A stretch of DNA of 64,000 bases, taken from positions 84,379 to 148,378 of the forward strand of contig CAILBC010000012.1 of assembly GCA_903832325.1 (NCBI GenBank), in the 5' to 3' direction. Numbering within the stretch: position 1 is the stretch's first letter; every line of letters begins with the position of its first letter. This DNA is from an uncultured Sphingomonadales bacterium (lineage in GTDB: Bacteria > Pseudomonadota > Alphaproteobacteria > Sphingomonadales > Sphingomonadaceae). This document shows, piece after piece, positions 17,557 through 28,838 of this stretch. Made by a program: the position numbers and the translations under genes. Below the pieces are notes generated by a model, which was not told where the DNA came from, searched no databases, and saw nothing but the letters and a program-made list of their open reading frames with translations.

Positions 17557-20500
17557 ATGCCAAACTTGTTCTGGTCGCGATGGTCCGGCAATATCGTGCT
17601 GGTCTTGCTGGCGGCCCTGCCGCTGGCCGCGCGCGGCGATCTGCCGCCGCAGGTTTCCATGGCCACGCCCGGCAGCAGCGGGCAGGCCGGCGGCACGATT
17701 GACCGTTTCACCTTGCGTTTTTCCGAAGCGATGGTCGCGCTGGGTGATCCGCGCGCGACTGCGCCCGCCACCAGCACGTGCCCGGGCGCCGGTGCAGGCC
17801 GCTGGGTCGATGCGCAGACCTGGGTGCTGGAATTTTCGGCCAGCCTGCCGCCTGCCACGCGCTGCGCGGTAACATTGCGCGACGGGCTGGCGACGCTGGC
17901 CGGATCGCGGATCATCGGGCTGAAGGATTTTGCCATCGACACCGCCGGCCCTTCGGTGCGCGCGGTGCTGGCGCCGGGCGAATCGGGCGATATCGATGAA
18001 GACCAGGTGTTTCTGGTCGCCACCAACGGCCCGGCCGATATCGGCTCTGTGGTGGCGCATGCTTCCTGCGCGATCGACGGATTGGGCGAGGCGGTGGCGG
18101 TGGACGTGCTGCCGCAGGGCACCGCCGCCAAAGTGCTGGGCGGGCTGGGCGCGAATGATTGGCGCAGCAGCAATTTCCTGTCCAACGCCGGGGTTCCGGC
18201 CGGGGCCACCGCGCAGACCGGTGGCGGCCATGCGCTCGACACAATACTGGCGCTGAAATGCCGGCGGCCGCTGCCGCCCAACCACGGCATGGCGCTGGTC
18301 TGGCCGCATAATGTCACCGATCCGCACGGGGTGCCCGCCGGGCGCGACCAGCGGTTTGATTTTACCGTGCGCGCCGCGTTCGAGGCGCGGTTCGAATGCA
18401 GCCGGATCAATGGCAAGGCGGGGTGCAACCCGATTACCCCGGCGCAACTGGTCTTTGCCACGGGGATCGATCGTGCGGCTGCGCTGGCGGTGCGGATGAA
18501 GCTGGCCGATGGCAGCGAACGCAGCCCGACGCTGGATGATGATCAGCGCAACGCGGCGCAGATTACCAATCTGAATTTTGCCGGCCCCTTTCCGGCCGAC
18601 AGCGATGCGCATCTGGTGCTGCCCGACGGCATTCGCGATCTTTCGGGCCGGCCGCTGGCCAATGCCGGGCGGTTTCCGCTGACCGTCCATTTCGACCCGG
18701 CCCCGCCGCTGGTGAAATTTGCCGCGCCCTTCGGGATTATCGAAGCCAACGAAGGCAGCAGCCTGCCGGTAACGGTGCGCGCGGTAGAGCCGGCGCTGGC
18801 CGGGCATGTCACCTCGATCGGCGCGATGAGCAGCCGCATCGCCGATGATGACCGATCGATCGCCGAGGCGCTGCGCAAAGTGGCCAAGGCCAACGAAGAT
18901 GATTTCGAAACGATCGACAAGCCCGGCAGCAAACCGGGCGGCGAAACGGTGACAATCAACCACACCGGGGAAAAACCGATCCTGCAATCGGGCACGCCGT
19001 TGCGGCTGGGCCTGCCGGGCAAAGGGCGCGATTTCGAAGTGGTCGGCATTCCGCTGGGCGGCAAGGGGTTTCATCTGGTTGAAGTGGCCAGCCCCGCGCT
19101 CGGTGCTGCGCTGCTGGGGCGCAAAGTGCCGCGCTATGTTGCCGCCGGTGCGCTGGTGACCGACATGGCGGTCCATTTCAAATGGGGCCGCGAAAGCAGC
19201 CTGGTGTGGGTCACGCGCCTGTCCACCGGGCAGCCGGTGGGCCACGCCGCGATCCGCATCAGCGATTCGTGCAACGGGCGCCAGCTTGCCGCGGGGCAGT
19301 CCGATGCCAGCGGGCGCATGGCAGTGCATGGCGCATTGCCCGTGCCGACGATGGGCGAGGGCTGCAGCAATGGCGACGACCATCCGCTGATGGTTTCGGC
19401 GCGCGCCGATGGTGACATGAGCTTTGCCCTGTCGAGCTGGGACAAGGGCATCGCACCTTATGATTTCGACCTGCCGTTTGGCCAGGCTGACCAGCGCGAC
19501 GTGATCCACACGGTGTTTGACCGCACGCTGGTGCGCATTGGCGAAACCGTGCATTTCCGCCACATCATGCGCCACCCGGGCGGCGGTGGCTTTGCCTTTG
19601 GCCAGGGATTTTCGGGCACGCTGGTGCTCGCGCACCAGGGGTCGGACACGCGCTTTACCCAAAACGTGACGATCAACGGCGCCACCGGGGGCGATGGCGA
19701 ATGGACCGTGCCGCAGGGCGCCCCGCTCGGCGATTATGCGCTGAGCTTTGAAACCGGGGGCAAGACCATCGAGACCGGACAGACCATCCGGGTCGACGAA
19801 TACAAGCTGCCGACGATGCGCGCCACAATCACCGGCCCCGGCCAGGCCGAGGCCATGGTGCAGCCGGCTTCTGTGCCATTGTCGCTGTTTGTCGGCTATC
19901 TGTCGGGCGGCGGGGCGGGCCAATTGCCGGTCACGCTGCGCAGCCAGTTCAGCACCTGGTTTGTCAGCCCGAAAGGGTGGGATGCCTACAGCTTTGGCGG
20001 CGATGCCGTGGCGGAAGGCACGCGCCCGCTGGGCGGCGGCCGGGATGGCGGTGAGGATGGCGGAGACGAAGACGGGGCCGGCCTGCCCTATGCCCAGACG
20101 CTGCCCGCAACGCTTGGCGCCGATGGCACCGCGCATGCCGATGTGACGGTGGGGCGCGCGATCACCCGGCCGCTGGGGCTGACGGTGGAAATGGATTACC
20201 CCGATGCCAATGGCCAGACGATGACGGCCTCGCGCATTTTGCGGCTGTTTCCGGCGGCACTGCAGGTGGGGATCAAAACCGACGGGTGGATGATGCGCGA
20301 TGATGATCTGCGGCTGCAGATGGTCGTGCTGGATCTTTCCGACAAGCCGGTTTCGGGCACAACGGTGCACATCGACCTTTATACGCGCGAAACGATCACT
20401 GCGCGGCGGCGGCTGATCGGCGGCTTTTATGCCTATGACAACCAGGAAAAAGTCTCGCATCTGGCAGGCGGCTGCACAACCACCAGCGACAGCACCGGAC

Positions 20501-23346
20501 GCGCGGAATGCAAGCTGGCGCCCGGGATTTCGGGCCAGGTGATCGCAGTGGCGCGGGTGACCGATGCCGCCGGGCACGAAACCCGCGCGGTGCGCGATGT
20601 GTGGCTGGCGGGCAAGGATGCCTGGTGGTTTGGCGGCGACAATGGCGACCGCATGGACGTGATTCCCGAAGCGACCGAATATCGCGCCGGCGAAACCGCG
20701 CGGTTCCAGGTGCGCATGCCGTTCCGCGAGGCGACCGCGCTGGTCACCGTGGAACGCGAAGGCGTGCTGTCGAGCTTTGTCACCACATTGTCGGGCAATG
20801 ATCCGGTGGTCGAGGTGCCGATGCCCGGCAGCTATGCGCCCAATGTCTATGTGTCGGTGATGGCGGTGCGCGGGCGCGTGGGCGGCTGGACGCTGTGGAT
20901 GTCTGACCTTGCGCGGCGCTGGCACTTGCCGTTTTTCCAGGCCGATGCCGCTGCGCCCACCGCGACGGTCGATCTGGCCAAGCCCAGCTATCGCCTGGGC
21001 GTGGCGCAAGTGCATGTCGGCTGGGAAACGCACCGCCTGGCGGTGGCGGTCAGCGCCGATCACGAACGCTATCGCGTGCGCGACCAGGCGCGCATTGCGC
21101 TGGCGATCAAGCGGCCCGATGGCACGCCTGCCGCCGGCGCCGATGTCACGCTGGTGGCCGTGGACGAGGCGCTGCTGCAGCTGATGCCCAATCACAGCTG
21201 GGACGTGCTGGGCGCGATGATGGGCGAGCGCAATCTGGAAGTCGTTACCTCCACCGCGCAGATGCAGGTGGTCGGCAAACGCCATTACGGGCGCAAGGCG
21301 GTGGCCGCAGGCGGCGGCGGCGGCGATGCATCGGGGGTCAATCGCGAAAATTTCCAGCCGGTGCTGCTGTGGCGCGGGCATGTGCCGCTGGATGCAGCGG
21401 GGCAGGCGCATGTTGACGTGCCGCTGTCCGATGCGCTGTCGCGGTTCCGGATCGTGGCGGTGGCGACCGATGGCGCGCAATTGTTCGGCACCGGGCAGAC
21501 CAGCGTGCGCACCGCGCAGGACCTTTCGATCTATCCCGGGCTGCCCGATGTGGTGCGCAGCGGCGATCGCTATGACGCGGTGTTCACGCTGAAAAACGGA
21601 TCGGATCACCCGATGACGGTGACCGCGCAACCGACCATCAGCCCGGCGGTGGCGCACGCCGGGCCGCTGACGCTGACCATTCCGGCAGGCGCGGCGGGGC
21701 GCATGCGCTGGGGCCTGACCGCACCGGCCAATCCGGGCACGCTGACCTGGACGCTGAACGCACGGAGCAGCGACGGCCACGCGCATGACAGCGTGACCGC
21801 GCACCAGGACGTGGTGCCGGCAGTGCCCGAAACGGTGATGATGGCCAGCCTGATGCGCGTCGGCGATCCGCCGCCGATGATCGCCATTCCGCAGGGCGCA
21901 CTGCCCGGCGGATGGGTGGGCGTGGTATTGTCCGACACGCTGGCGGCGCCGCTCGACGGGGTGCGCCGCTATATGACCGACTATCCCTACAATTGCCTGG
22001 AACAACGGCTGTCGCGGATCGTGGCCAATGGCGACAGTGCATCGTGGACCACGCTGGTGGCCAGCCTGCCGACTTATATCGATGCCGATGGCCTGGCCCG
22101 CTATTGGCCCGATGCGGGGATGCCCGGTTTGCCCGAACTGACCGCCTATGTGATGGCGACAACCAGCGCGGCGGGGCTGGGCCTGCCCGATGATGCGCGG
22201 CGCAAGATGATTGCCGCGCTGCAACGCGTGGTAACCGGGCAATTGCGGCGCGATCGCCCGTACCAGATCGATGACCGGCCGCTGCGGCTGGCGGCGCTGG
22301 CCGCGCTGGCGCGCGCGGGCGCTGCCGATGCCGGCATGGTCGCGCGGATCGACATGGTGCCCGCAGACATTCCGACCGGCGCGCTGGCCGATTGGATGGT
22401 GGCGCTCGATCGCGTGCCGGGCGTGGCCAATGCCGCCACTTTGCGCGCCGCGGCGGCGGGCGAACTGCGCCGCCGGCTGGTCTGGGCGGGCACCCGGCTC
22501 GATCTGGCGGACAAAGACCGTGCCCCGTGGTGGATGATGGTCAGCGCCGACGACATGGCGATCCATGCGCTGGATGCCGTGATTGGCCGGCCCGACTGGG
22601 CCGCCGAAGTGCCACGGATGATGGCAGGCGTTGCCGCGCGGCAGCTGCACGGGGCGTGGGACACCACCCCGGCCAATGCCTGGGGCACCATCGTGTCGCA
22701 CCGCTTTGCCACGGCCTATCCGCCCGGCGCGATCGCCGGCACGACCCATGTCGCGCTGGCCGGGCATGCGGCCGATGTGTCCTGGCCGCGCCACGGCGAC
22801 AGTGCGCCGCTGCGCCTGCCACTGGCGGCGGGGTCGATGACACTGGCGCAAACCGGCGGGTCCGGGCCCTGGGCAACGGTGAGCGTTCATGCTGCGGTGC
22901 GGCTGACCAGCCCGCTGTTTGCCGGATATCGCCTGACCCGCACGGTCAGCGTGGTTTCGGCGCGCCAGCCGGGCCGGCTGAGCCAGGGCGACGTGCTGCG
23001 CGTGCGGCTGGAAATCGATGCCGATGCCGGGCGCACCTGGGTTGCGCTGGGCGATCCCTTGCCGCCGGGCGCGGTGGTGATGTCATCGCTGGGCGGCCAA
23101 TCGCAACTGCTGCAACAGGGCACGGGGCGCAACGACACGATCGCGCCGGCCTGGGTGGAGGGCACGCGGGCGACCTGGCGCGCCTATTTCGCCTGGCTGC
23201 CGCAAGGGCACAGTGTGGTGGAATATACCGTGCGGCTGAACAGTGCGGGGCAATTCACGCTGCCGCCATCGCATATCGAGGCGATGTATGCGCCGGCCAT
23301 CCAGGCCTCGCTGCCCAATGCCCCGGTTACGGTAACGAGCCGGTGA
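17557..23346 (+). CDS. Bacterial alpha-2-macroglobulin (YfhM-like)
   Basis: 1929 aa, MG-domain patterns, RENFQP, YPYNCLEQ thioester motif, C-terminal EAMYAP; directly upstream of pbpC. Confidence 0.92.
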   Translation: MPNLFWSRWSGNIVLVLLAALPLAARGDLPPQVSMATPGSSGQAGGTIDRFTLRFSEAMVALGDPRATAPATSTCPGAGAGRWVDAQTWVLEFSASLPPATRCAVTLRDGLATLAGSRIIGLKDFAIDTAGPSVRAVLAPGESGDIDEDQVFLVATNGPADIGSVVAHASCAIDGLGEAVAVDVLPQGTAAKVLGGLGANDWRSSNFLSNAGVPAGATAQTGGGHALDTILALKCRRPLPPNHGMALVWPHNVTDPHGVPAGRDQRFDFTVRAAFEARFECSRINGKAGCNPITPAQLVFATGIDRAAALAVRMKLADGSERSPTLDDDQRNAAQITNLNFAGPFPADSDAHLVLPDGIRDLSGRPLANAGRFPLTVHFDPAPPLVKFAAPFGIIEANEGSSLPVTVRAVEPALAGHVTSIGAMSSRIADDDRSIAEALRKVAKANEDDFETIDKPGSKPGGETVTINHTGEKPILQSGTPLRLGLPGKGRDFEVVGIPLGGKGFHLVEVASPALGAALLGRKVPRYVAAGALVTDMAVHFKWGRESSLVWVTRLSTGQPVGHAAIRISDSCNGRQLAAGQSDASGRMAVHGALPVPTMGEGCSNGDDHPLMVSARADGDMSFALSSWDKGIAPYDFDLPFGQADQRDVIHTVFDRTLVRIGETVHFRHIMRHPGGGGFAFGQGFSGTLVLAHQGSDTRFTQNVTINGATGGDGEWTVPQGAPLGDYALSFETGGKTIETGQTIRVDEYKLPTMRATITGPGQAEAMVQPASVPLSLFVGYLSGGGAGQLPVTLRSQFSTWFVSPKGWDAYSFGGDAVAEGTRPLGGGRDGGEDGGDEDGAGLPYAQTLPATLGADGTAHADVTVGRAITRPLGLTVEMDYPDANGQTMTASRILRLFPAALQVGIKTDGWMMRDDDLRLQMVVLDLSDKPVSGTTVHIDLYTRETITARRRLIGGFYAYDNQEKVSHLAGGCTTTSDSTGRAECKLAPGISGQVIAVARVTDAAGHETRAVRDVWLAGKDAWWFGGDNGDRMDVIPEATEYRAGETARFQVRMPFREATALVTVEREGVLSSFVTTLSGNDPVVEVPMPGSYAPNVYVSVMAVRGRVGGWTLWMSDLARRWHLPFFQADAAAPTATVDLAKPSYRLGVAQVHVGWETHRLAVAVSADHERYRVRDQARIALAIKRPDGTPAAGADVTLVAVDEALLQLMPNHSWDVLGAMMGERNLEVVTSTAQMQVVGKRHYGRKAVAAGGGGGDASGVNRENFQPVLLWRGHVPLDAAGQAHVDVPLSDALSRFRIVAVATDGAQLFGTGQTSVRTAQDLSIYPGLPDVVRSGDRYDAVFTLKNGSDHPMTVTAQPTISPAVAHAGPLTLTIPAGAAGRMRWGLTAPANPGTLTWTLNARSSDGHAHDSVTAHQDVVPAVPETVMMASLMRVGDPPPMIAIPQGALPGGWVGVVLSDTLAAPLDGVRRYMTDYPYNCLEQRLSRIVANGDSASWTTLVASLPTYIDADGLARYWPDAGMPGLPELTAYVMATTSAAGLGLPDDARRKMIAALQRVVTGQLRRDRPYQIDDRPLRLAALAALARAGAADAGMVARIDMVPADIPTGALADWMVALDRVPGVANAATLRAAAAGELRRRLVWAGTRLDLADKDRAPWWMMVSADDMAIHALDAVIGRPDWAAEVPRMMAGVAARQLHGAWDTTPANAWGTIVSHRFATAYPPGAIAGTTHVALAGHAADVSWPRHGDSAPLRLPLAAGSMTLAQTGGSGPWATVSVHAAVRLTSPLFAGYRLTRTVSVVSARQPGRLSQGDVLRVRLEIDADAGRTWVALGDPLPPGAVVMSSLGGQSQLLQQGTGRNDTIAPAWVEGTRATWRAYFAWLPQGHSVVEYTVRLNSAGQFTLPPSHIEAMYAPAIQASLPNAPVTVTSR

Positions 23347-23349
23347 CCC

Positions 23350-25470
23350 ATGGCGCCGGATGCGCGACGGATTGCACTGTGGGGCCTGCTGGCAGTCGCG
23401 CTGGCCATGGCAGGTTGGGCAGCATGGCGCACGACGCCCCCGGCAGTGCCGGACTTTGTTCTACAGCGCGCGCAATGGGCGCCGAGCGAGGCCTGGCTTT
23501 ATGACCGCAACGGGCGGCTGCTTGACGAAACCCGGGTTGATTACACGGTGCGCCGGCTGGGCTGGGAGCGGCTGGGGGACATCGGTCCGGCGCTGCCGCA
23601 TGCGTTGATTGCCGCCGAAGACCGGCGCTTTGCCTATCACGGCGGGGTTGACTGGGTGGCGCTGGCGGCGGCGCTGCGCGACCGGATCACCGGGCATCAT
23701 CCCCGCGGCGCATCCACACTGACCATGCAGCTGGCCGGGTTCCTGTGGCCCGAAATCGGCCGCCCGGGCCGGCGATCGGCGTGGGACAAACTGCGCCAGA
23801 TGCGCGCCGCCTGGGCGATCGAAAGCCGCTGGACCAAGCCGCAGATTCTGGAGGCCTATCTCAACCTCGCGCCGTTTCGCGGCGAAACCCAAGGGGTGGC
23901 AGCCGGCGCGGCGGCGCTGTTTGCCAAGACGCCGGCGGCAATTGACCGGCGCGAGGCGGCGATCATGGTCACGCTGCTGCGCAATCCGGCGGGATCGTCG
24001 GGCGATCTGGCGCATCGTGCGTGCCGGCTGGTGGCGGCGGCCGATTGCCCGGTGCTGTTGCCGCTGGCGCAGGCGGCCACCGCCGATTCGGGGCTGCGCG
24101 GGATGGACCCGGGGCTTGCCCCGCATCTGGCCGTGCATCTGCTCACCCGGCCGGGCATGCGCGTGACAACCACGATCGATGCTGCGGTACAGGACATGGC
24201 GGCCACCGCGCTGCGCCACCAGTTGCAGGGGCTGGGCCCCCGGCGCGCGCGCGATGGTGCGGTGGTGGTGATCGACAACGCCGATGGGCGCGTGCTGGCC
24301 TATGTGGGCGGGGTGGGGCTGGGATCGACTGCTGCGGCAGTGGATGGCGCATCGGCGCCGCGCCAGGCCGGATCGACGCTGAAACCGCACCTTTATGCCC
24401 AACTGATCGAGCGCAAATGGCTGACTGCGGCATCGATTCTGGACGATTCGCCAGTGCAGCTCGACACGGCATCGGGGCTTTATGTGCCGCAGAATTACGA
24501 CAAGGCATTCATGGGCCCGGTTTCGGTGCGCCGTGCGCTGGCCAATTCGCTGAACGTGCCGGCGGTGCGCGCGCTGCTGCTCGACGGGGTGCAGGATTTT
24601 CGCGACCGGCTGGCAGACCTCGGGTATGCCGGGCTGGACAGCGACGGCAGCTTTTACGGCTATTCACTGGCGCTGGGATCGGCCGAAGTGACGCTGCTGG
24701 ACCAGGCCAATGCCTATCGCACGCTCGCCAATCTGGGCCGTTGGTCAGCGTTGCGGCTGCGGCGCGATGCACCGGCGGGGGACAGCCGCCAGGTGATCGA
24801 CCCGCGCGCGGCGTGGATCGTGGGGGATATCCTGTCTGACGCGGGCGCACGCGCGGGCACGTTCGGGGTCGATTCGGCGCTGCGCCTGCCATTCTGGGCA
24901 GCGGCCAAGACCGGCACATCAAAGGCCATGCGCGATAACTGGTGCATCGGGTTTTCCGACCGCTTTACCGTGGCGGTGTGGGTCGGCAATCTGGAGGGCG
25001 ACCCGATGCGCGCGGTATCGGGCACCAGTGGCGCGGCGCCGGTGTGGCGCGATGTCATGCTGGCGCTGCACCAGGACCGGCCCGGCCGCCAGCCGCCGCG
25101 CCCCGCCGGGATCAGCCCTCTGACCGTGCATTTCCAGACCGGCAGCGAAGGCACGCGGCCCGAATGGTTCCTGGCCGGGACCACCCAGGGCGTGATCCGC
25201 GCCGAACCCGAATTCGCGCAGCGCCAGCACATTGCCAATCCCGTTTCGGGCGCGGTCTATGCGTGGGACCCGGACATTCCCGGCGGGCACCAGGCGATCG
25301 GCGTGGTGGTGCGCGGCGATGTCGCCGGGCTGCGGCTGCGGCTGGACGATCACGATCTGGGCCCGGCCGCCGCGGCGATGCAGATGCCGCTGGTGCCCGG
25401 GGTGCATGTGCTGACGCTGATCGAAGCGGGCGGGCGGGTGATCGACCGCGTGCGCTTCACCGTGCGATGA
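23350..25470 (+). CDS. pbpC: Penicillin-binding protein 1C
   Basis: AAEDRRF, RGASTLTMQ, LEAYLN transglycosylase motifs; GSTLKP, NSLN, KTGTS transpeptidase motifs. Confidence 0.93.
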   Translation: MAPDARRIALWGLLAVALAMAGWAAWRTTPPAVPDFVLQRAQWAPSEAWLYDRNGRLLDETRVDYTVRRLGWERLGDIGPALPHALIAAEDRRFAYHGGVDWVALAAALRDRITGHHPRGASTLTMQLAGFLWPEIGRPGRRSAWDKLRQMRAAWAIESRWTKPQILEAYLNLAPFRGETQGVAAGAAALFAKTPAAIDRREAAIMVTLLRNPAGSSGDLAHRACRLVAAADCPVLLPLAQAATADSGLRGMDPGLAPHLAVHLLTRPGMRVTTTIDAAVQDMAATALRHQLQGLGPRRARDGAVVVIDNADGRVLAYVGGVGLGSTAAAVDGASAPRQAGSTLKPHLYAQLIERKWLTAASILDDSPVQLDTASGLYVPQNYDKAFMGPVSVRRALANSLNVPAVRALLLDGVQDFRDRLADLGYAGLDSDGSFYGYSLALGSAEVTLLDQANAYRTLANLGRWSALRLRRDAPAGDSRQVIDPRAAWIVGDILSDAGARAGTFGVDSALRLPFWAAAKTGTSKAMRDNWCIGFSDRFTVAVWVGNLEGDPMRAVSGTSGAAPVWRDVMLALHQDRPGRQPPRPAGISPLTVHFQTGSEGTRPEWFLAGTTQGVIRAEPEFAQRQHIANPVSGAVYAWDPDIPGGHQAIGVVVRGDVAGLRLRLDDHDLGPAAAAMQMPLVPGVHVLTLIEAGGRVIDRVRFTVR

Positions 25471-26548
25471 TCCCCGCCCCGTCGGCCGGGGTTTCCACGC
25501 TGATCAGCGGCAGCGCGCCATCGGGCGTGCGATAGCCGGCGTTGACCGCATCGCGCACTGCCGCGACATGCCCTGCACGCATCACCGCCACCACCGCGCC
25601 GCCAAATCCGCCACCGGTTTGCCGCGCGCCGCCCTCTGCGCCGATCGCGTGATCCAGCAGCCCCGCCAGCCGGTCGGTCGGGGGCACGGTAATGCCGAAA
25701 TCGTGCGCCTGAGACTGGTGCGATTCGCGCATCAGCCGCCCGGTCGCCACCAGATCGCCCGCGGCAAGGGCCTCGGCCGCATCGCAGGTGCGGCGGTTTT
25801 CGCTGATCACATGGCGCGCGCGGTGCCAGGCCACATCGTCCAGCCGGCCGCGCACCCCCGCCAGCATGCCATCATCGGCATCGCGCAGCGCCGGCACGCC
25901 GATCACCGCGGCGGCGCGTTCGCATTCGGCGCGCCGGGTGTTGTATTCGCCATCGACCAGCCCGCGCCGCACGCCCGATTGCACGATCATCACCGCCAGA
26001 TCGTCGGGCAGCGCGATCTGCCGCAATGCCAGCGACCGGCAATCGATCAGCAGGGCATGACCGCCACGCGTGGCGGCACAGGCGATCTGATCGAGATTGC
26101 CGCAGCGCACCCCGGGAAAGCCGCATTCGGCGCGCTGGGCCAGCAGCGCAATATCGAGCGCCGACCATGCGACCCCGGCAGCGGCGAGCAAGGCATGGGC
26201 CAGCGCAACCTCAAGGCTGGCGGAGGACGACAGGCCGGTGCCCTGGGGAATGGTGCCGGTGAGCGTCAGCGTACCGCCCGGCACGGCAACCCCCGCGCGG
26301 ATCAGTTCATCAACCACCCCGCGCACATAATTGCGCCAGCCGCCCCCCGGCAAGGCGGCTACGGTGGCGGGGTCGAACCGGTCATCCTGTACCAGGTCGA
26401 GCGCCGCAACGTGCAGGACCGCGCCGGGGTCGGGCGCAAAATTCACGCGTGTTTCCGCACCGATCGCCATCGGCATGGCAAAGCCATCATTGTAATCGGT
26501 GTGTTCGCCGATGAGGTTGACCCGGCCCGGCGCGCGCGCGGCGATCAT
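25457..26548 (-). CDS. galK: Galactokinase
   Basis: [31 protein letters not shown] motifs. Confidence 0.92.
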   Translation of the reverse strand: MIAARAPGRVNLIGEHTDYNDGFAMPMAIGAETRVNFAPDPGAVLHVAALDLVQDDRFDPATVAALPGGGWRNYVRGVVDELIRAGVAVPGGTLTLTGTIPQGTGLSSSASLEVALAHALLAAAGVAWSALDIALLAQRAECGFPGVRCGNLDQIACAATRGGHALLIDCRSLALRQIALPDDLAVMIVQSGVRRGLVDGEYNTRRAECERAAAVIGVPALRDADDGMLAGVRGRLDDVAWHRARHVISENRRTCDAAEALAAGDLVATGRLMRESHQSQAHDFGITVPPTDRLAGLLDHAIGAEGGARQTGGGFGGAVVAVMRAGHVAAVRDAVNAGYRTPDGALPLISVETPADGAGIIAR

Positions 26549-27579
26549 GCCGTGGCCCCGTTGCCCGGCGCGCACGCGCGCAGCCGTGCGGCAGCCACTT
26601 CGGGCGTGAGATCGCGCTGCGGTTCGGCCAGCATTTCATAACCGACCATGAATTTGCGCACGGTCGCCGATCGCAGCAACGGCGGATAGAAATGCGCATG
26701 CAGCCGCCAATGCGGTGCCGGCCCTTGGCCCGGCGCCTGGTGCCAGCCCATCGAATAGGGCATCGAACAATCGAACAGCGCATCGTAGTGCCCGGTGATC
26801 ACGCGCAGCATCCGCGCCAGCGCATCGCGCGCGGCATCGTCCAGATCATCCAGCCGCGCGACCGCATCGCGCGCGATCAGCAGCACTTCGAACGGCCAGG
26901 CCGCCCAGAACGGCACGACCGCCAGCCAATGATCATTTTGCGCAAGAACACGATCGCCTGCTGCCAGTTCGCGCGCCGCCACCGTATCGAGCAAGGTCGC
27001 GCCATGATCGCGATGCCACGCCGCCTGTTCGCGATCTTCGTCCGCCAGTTCGCTGGGCACGAAATCGCTCGCCCAGATCTGCCCGTGGGGGTGCGGGCTG
27101 GAACAGCCCATCATCGCGCCCTTGTTTTCGAACACCTGGACATAGCCGTAGATCGCGCCAAGCTCGGCAGACTGGTCAGCCCAGGTATCGACCAGCGCGC
27201 GCACCGCCGGAGTGTCGAGATCGGCCAGCGTCTTGCCGTGATCGGGCGAATAGCAGATCACCCGCGCGGTGCCGCGCGCTGCTGCGGCAACGAACACATC
27301 ATCATCGGCAGGCGGCGCGGGCGTGTCGGCCAGCAGCGCGGGAAAATCGTTGGCGAAGACATACGTCGCATCATAGGCGGGGTTGGTCTGCCCGCCGGCG
27401 CGGTGGTTGCCCGGGCACAGATGGCACGCCGGATCGTGCGCCGGGCCGCCGCGCGGCGCGGTTTCGCCCACATCGCCCTGCCACGGGCGTTTGGCGCGAT
27501 GCGGGGATACCAGCACCCACCGGCCGGTCAGCAGATTGCGCCGGCGGTGCGGATGATCGAGCGGATCAAAGCCTGTCAT
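26545..27579 (-). CDS. galT: Galactose-1-phosphate uridylyltransferase
   Basis: [57 protein letters not shown]. Confidence 0.96.
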   Translation of the reverse strand: MTGFDPLDHPHRRRNLLTGRWVLVSPHRAKRPWQGDVGETAPRGGPAHDPACHLCPGNHRAGGQTNPAYDATYVFANDFPALLADTPAPPADDDVFVAAAARGTARVICYSPDHGKTLADLDTPAVRALVDTWADQSAELGAIYGYVQVFENKGAMMGCSSPHPHGQIWASDFVPSELADEDREQAAWHRDHGATLLDTVAARELAAGDRVLAQNDHWLAVVPFWAAWPFEVLLIARDAVARLDDLDDAARDALARMLRVITGHYDALFDCSMPYSMGWHQAPGQGPAPHWRLHAHFYPPLLRSATVRKFMVGYEMLAEPQRDLTPEVAAARLRACAPGNGATA

Positions 27580-27666
27580 GCCCGTCAGATACCCCACCCA
27601 AGGGCCTGGCGGTATCGAAAAGGCATTGGCCTGCAAAGCCTTGCAGACCTATTCATGGGCGGCGTT

Positions 27667-28704
27667 TCAGCCCAAAAGCGGGGCCAGAAGCGGGGCCACC
27701 AGCGCCTTCAGATCGGCCTCTGGCCGGGCGCCATAGTGCGAAATCACTTCGGCGGCGCAGATCGCGCCAAGCCCCAGGCAGGTTTCCAGCGGTGCGCCGC
27801 GCGCGTGGCCAAACAGGAACCCGGCGGCAAACAGATCGCCCGCGCCGGTCGTATCGACCACTTGCGCCACGGGCGAGGCGGCGACCATCGCGTGTTCGCC
27901 GCCGCTGACCGCATGGGCGCCCTTTTCGCTGCGCGTGACCACCAGCGTCGGGATCTGCGGGGCCAGCGCGGCGATCCCTTCATGGAAATCATCCTTGCCG
28001 GTCAGGGCGGCCAGTTCGTGTTCGTTGGCGAACAGGATATCGATTTCGCCGGCATCGATCAGCGCGCGGAAATCATCGCCATGGCGTGAAATCACAAACG
28101 AATCGGACAGCGTGAAGGCCACCTTGCGCCCCGCGGCGCGGGCCGTGGCGATGGCGCGGCGCATCGCGCGGCGCGGTTCCTCCGGATCCCACAAATAGCC
28201 TTCGAGATAGAGCACCGCGGCATCGGCGATCACCGTTTCGTCCAGCGCGTCGGCGGGCAGGAACTGCGACGCACCCAGAAAGGTGTTCATCGTGCGCTGA
28301 CCATCGGGCGTGACAAAAATCAGGCAGCGGGCAGTGGCAGGCTGGCCATTGCGCGCCGGGGTGGCAAAATCGATTCCGCCGGCGCGAATGTCATGGGCAA
28401 AGACATCGCCCAGCTGATCTTCGGCAACTTGCCCGATAAACCCGCAGCGTGCGCCCAGCGCCGCGAGGCCCGCCAGGGTGTTGGCCGCCGACCCGCCCGA
28501 AATTTCGCGCGCGGGGCCCATCGCGGCATAAAGCGCGTGGGCCTGGCCCTCGTCGACCAGCGTCATCCCGCCTTTGGCCAGGCCCAGCCGCACAATGTCA
28601 TCGTCGCTGGCCGGGGCCATGACATCGACAATGGCATTGCCGATGGCCACCACATCAAAGCGCGGGTGATCGATTGCAGACGGCGTAGTGGCGGATTGCG
28701 GCAC
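27667..28704 (-). CDS. PfkB family / adenosine kinase
   Basis: IGNAIVD, GGSAANT, DTTGAGDLFAAGF; GTG start. Confidence 0.88.
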   Translation of the reverse strand: MPQSATTPSAIDHPRFDVVAIGNAIVDVMAPASDDDIVRLGLAKGGMTLVDEGQAHALYAAMGPAREISGGSAANTLAGLAALGARCGFIGQVAEDQLGDVFAHDIRAGGIDFATPARNGQPATARCLIFVTPDGQRTMNTFLGASQFLPADALDETVIADAAVLYLEGYLWDPEEPRRAMRRAIATARAAGRKVAFTLSDSFVISRHGDDFRALIDAGEIDILFANEHELAALTGKDDFHEGIAALAPQIPTLVVTRSEKGAHAVSGGEHAMVAASPVAQVVDTTGAGDLFAAGFLFGHARGAPLETCLGLGAICAAEVISHYGARPEADLKALVAPLLAPLLG

Positions 28705-28838
28705 CCGGCAAGCTCCAGATGGTGGTTGAGGGCTTTGCGCCTAATCGTTCTGGATCGCTGCGGCAAGCCGCCGCGGGGCCGCGCCCAGGCGGAGTGGTGC
28801 CGATTGACACACCGGGGGCGCGGCGCGATGGCTGCGCG

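Noticed and set aside
17386-22890. 1834-aa ORF antisense to the alpha-2-macroglobulin gene
   Set aside because: Shadow ORF expected from high-GC codon bias; Arg/Gly/His-rich with no motifs. The same applies to 5449-8370 (+), 10030-11550 (+) and similar antisense ORFs.
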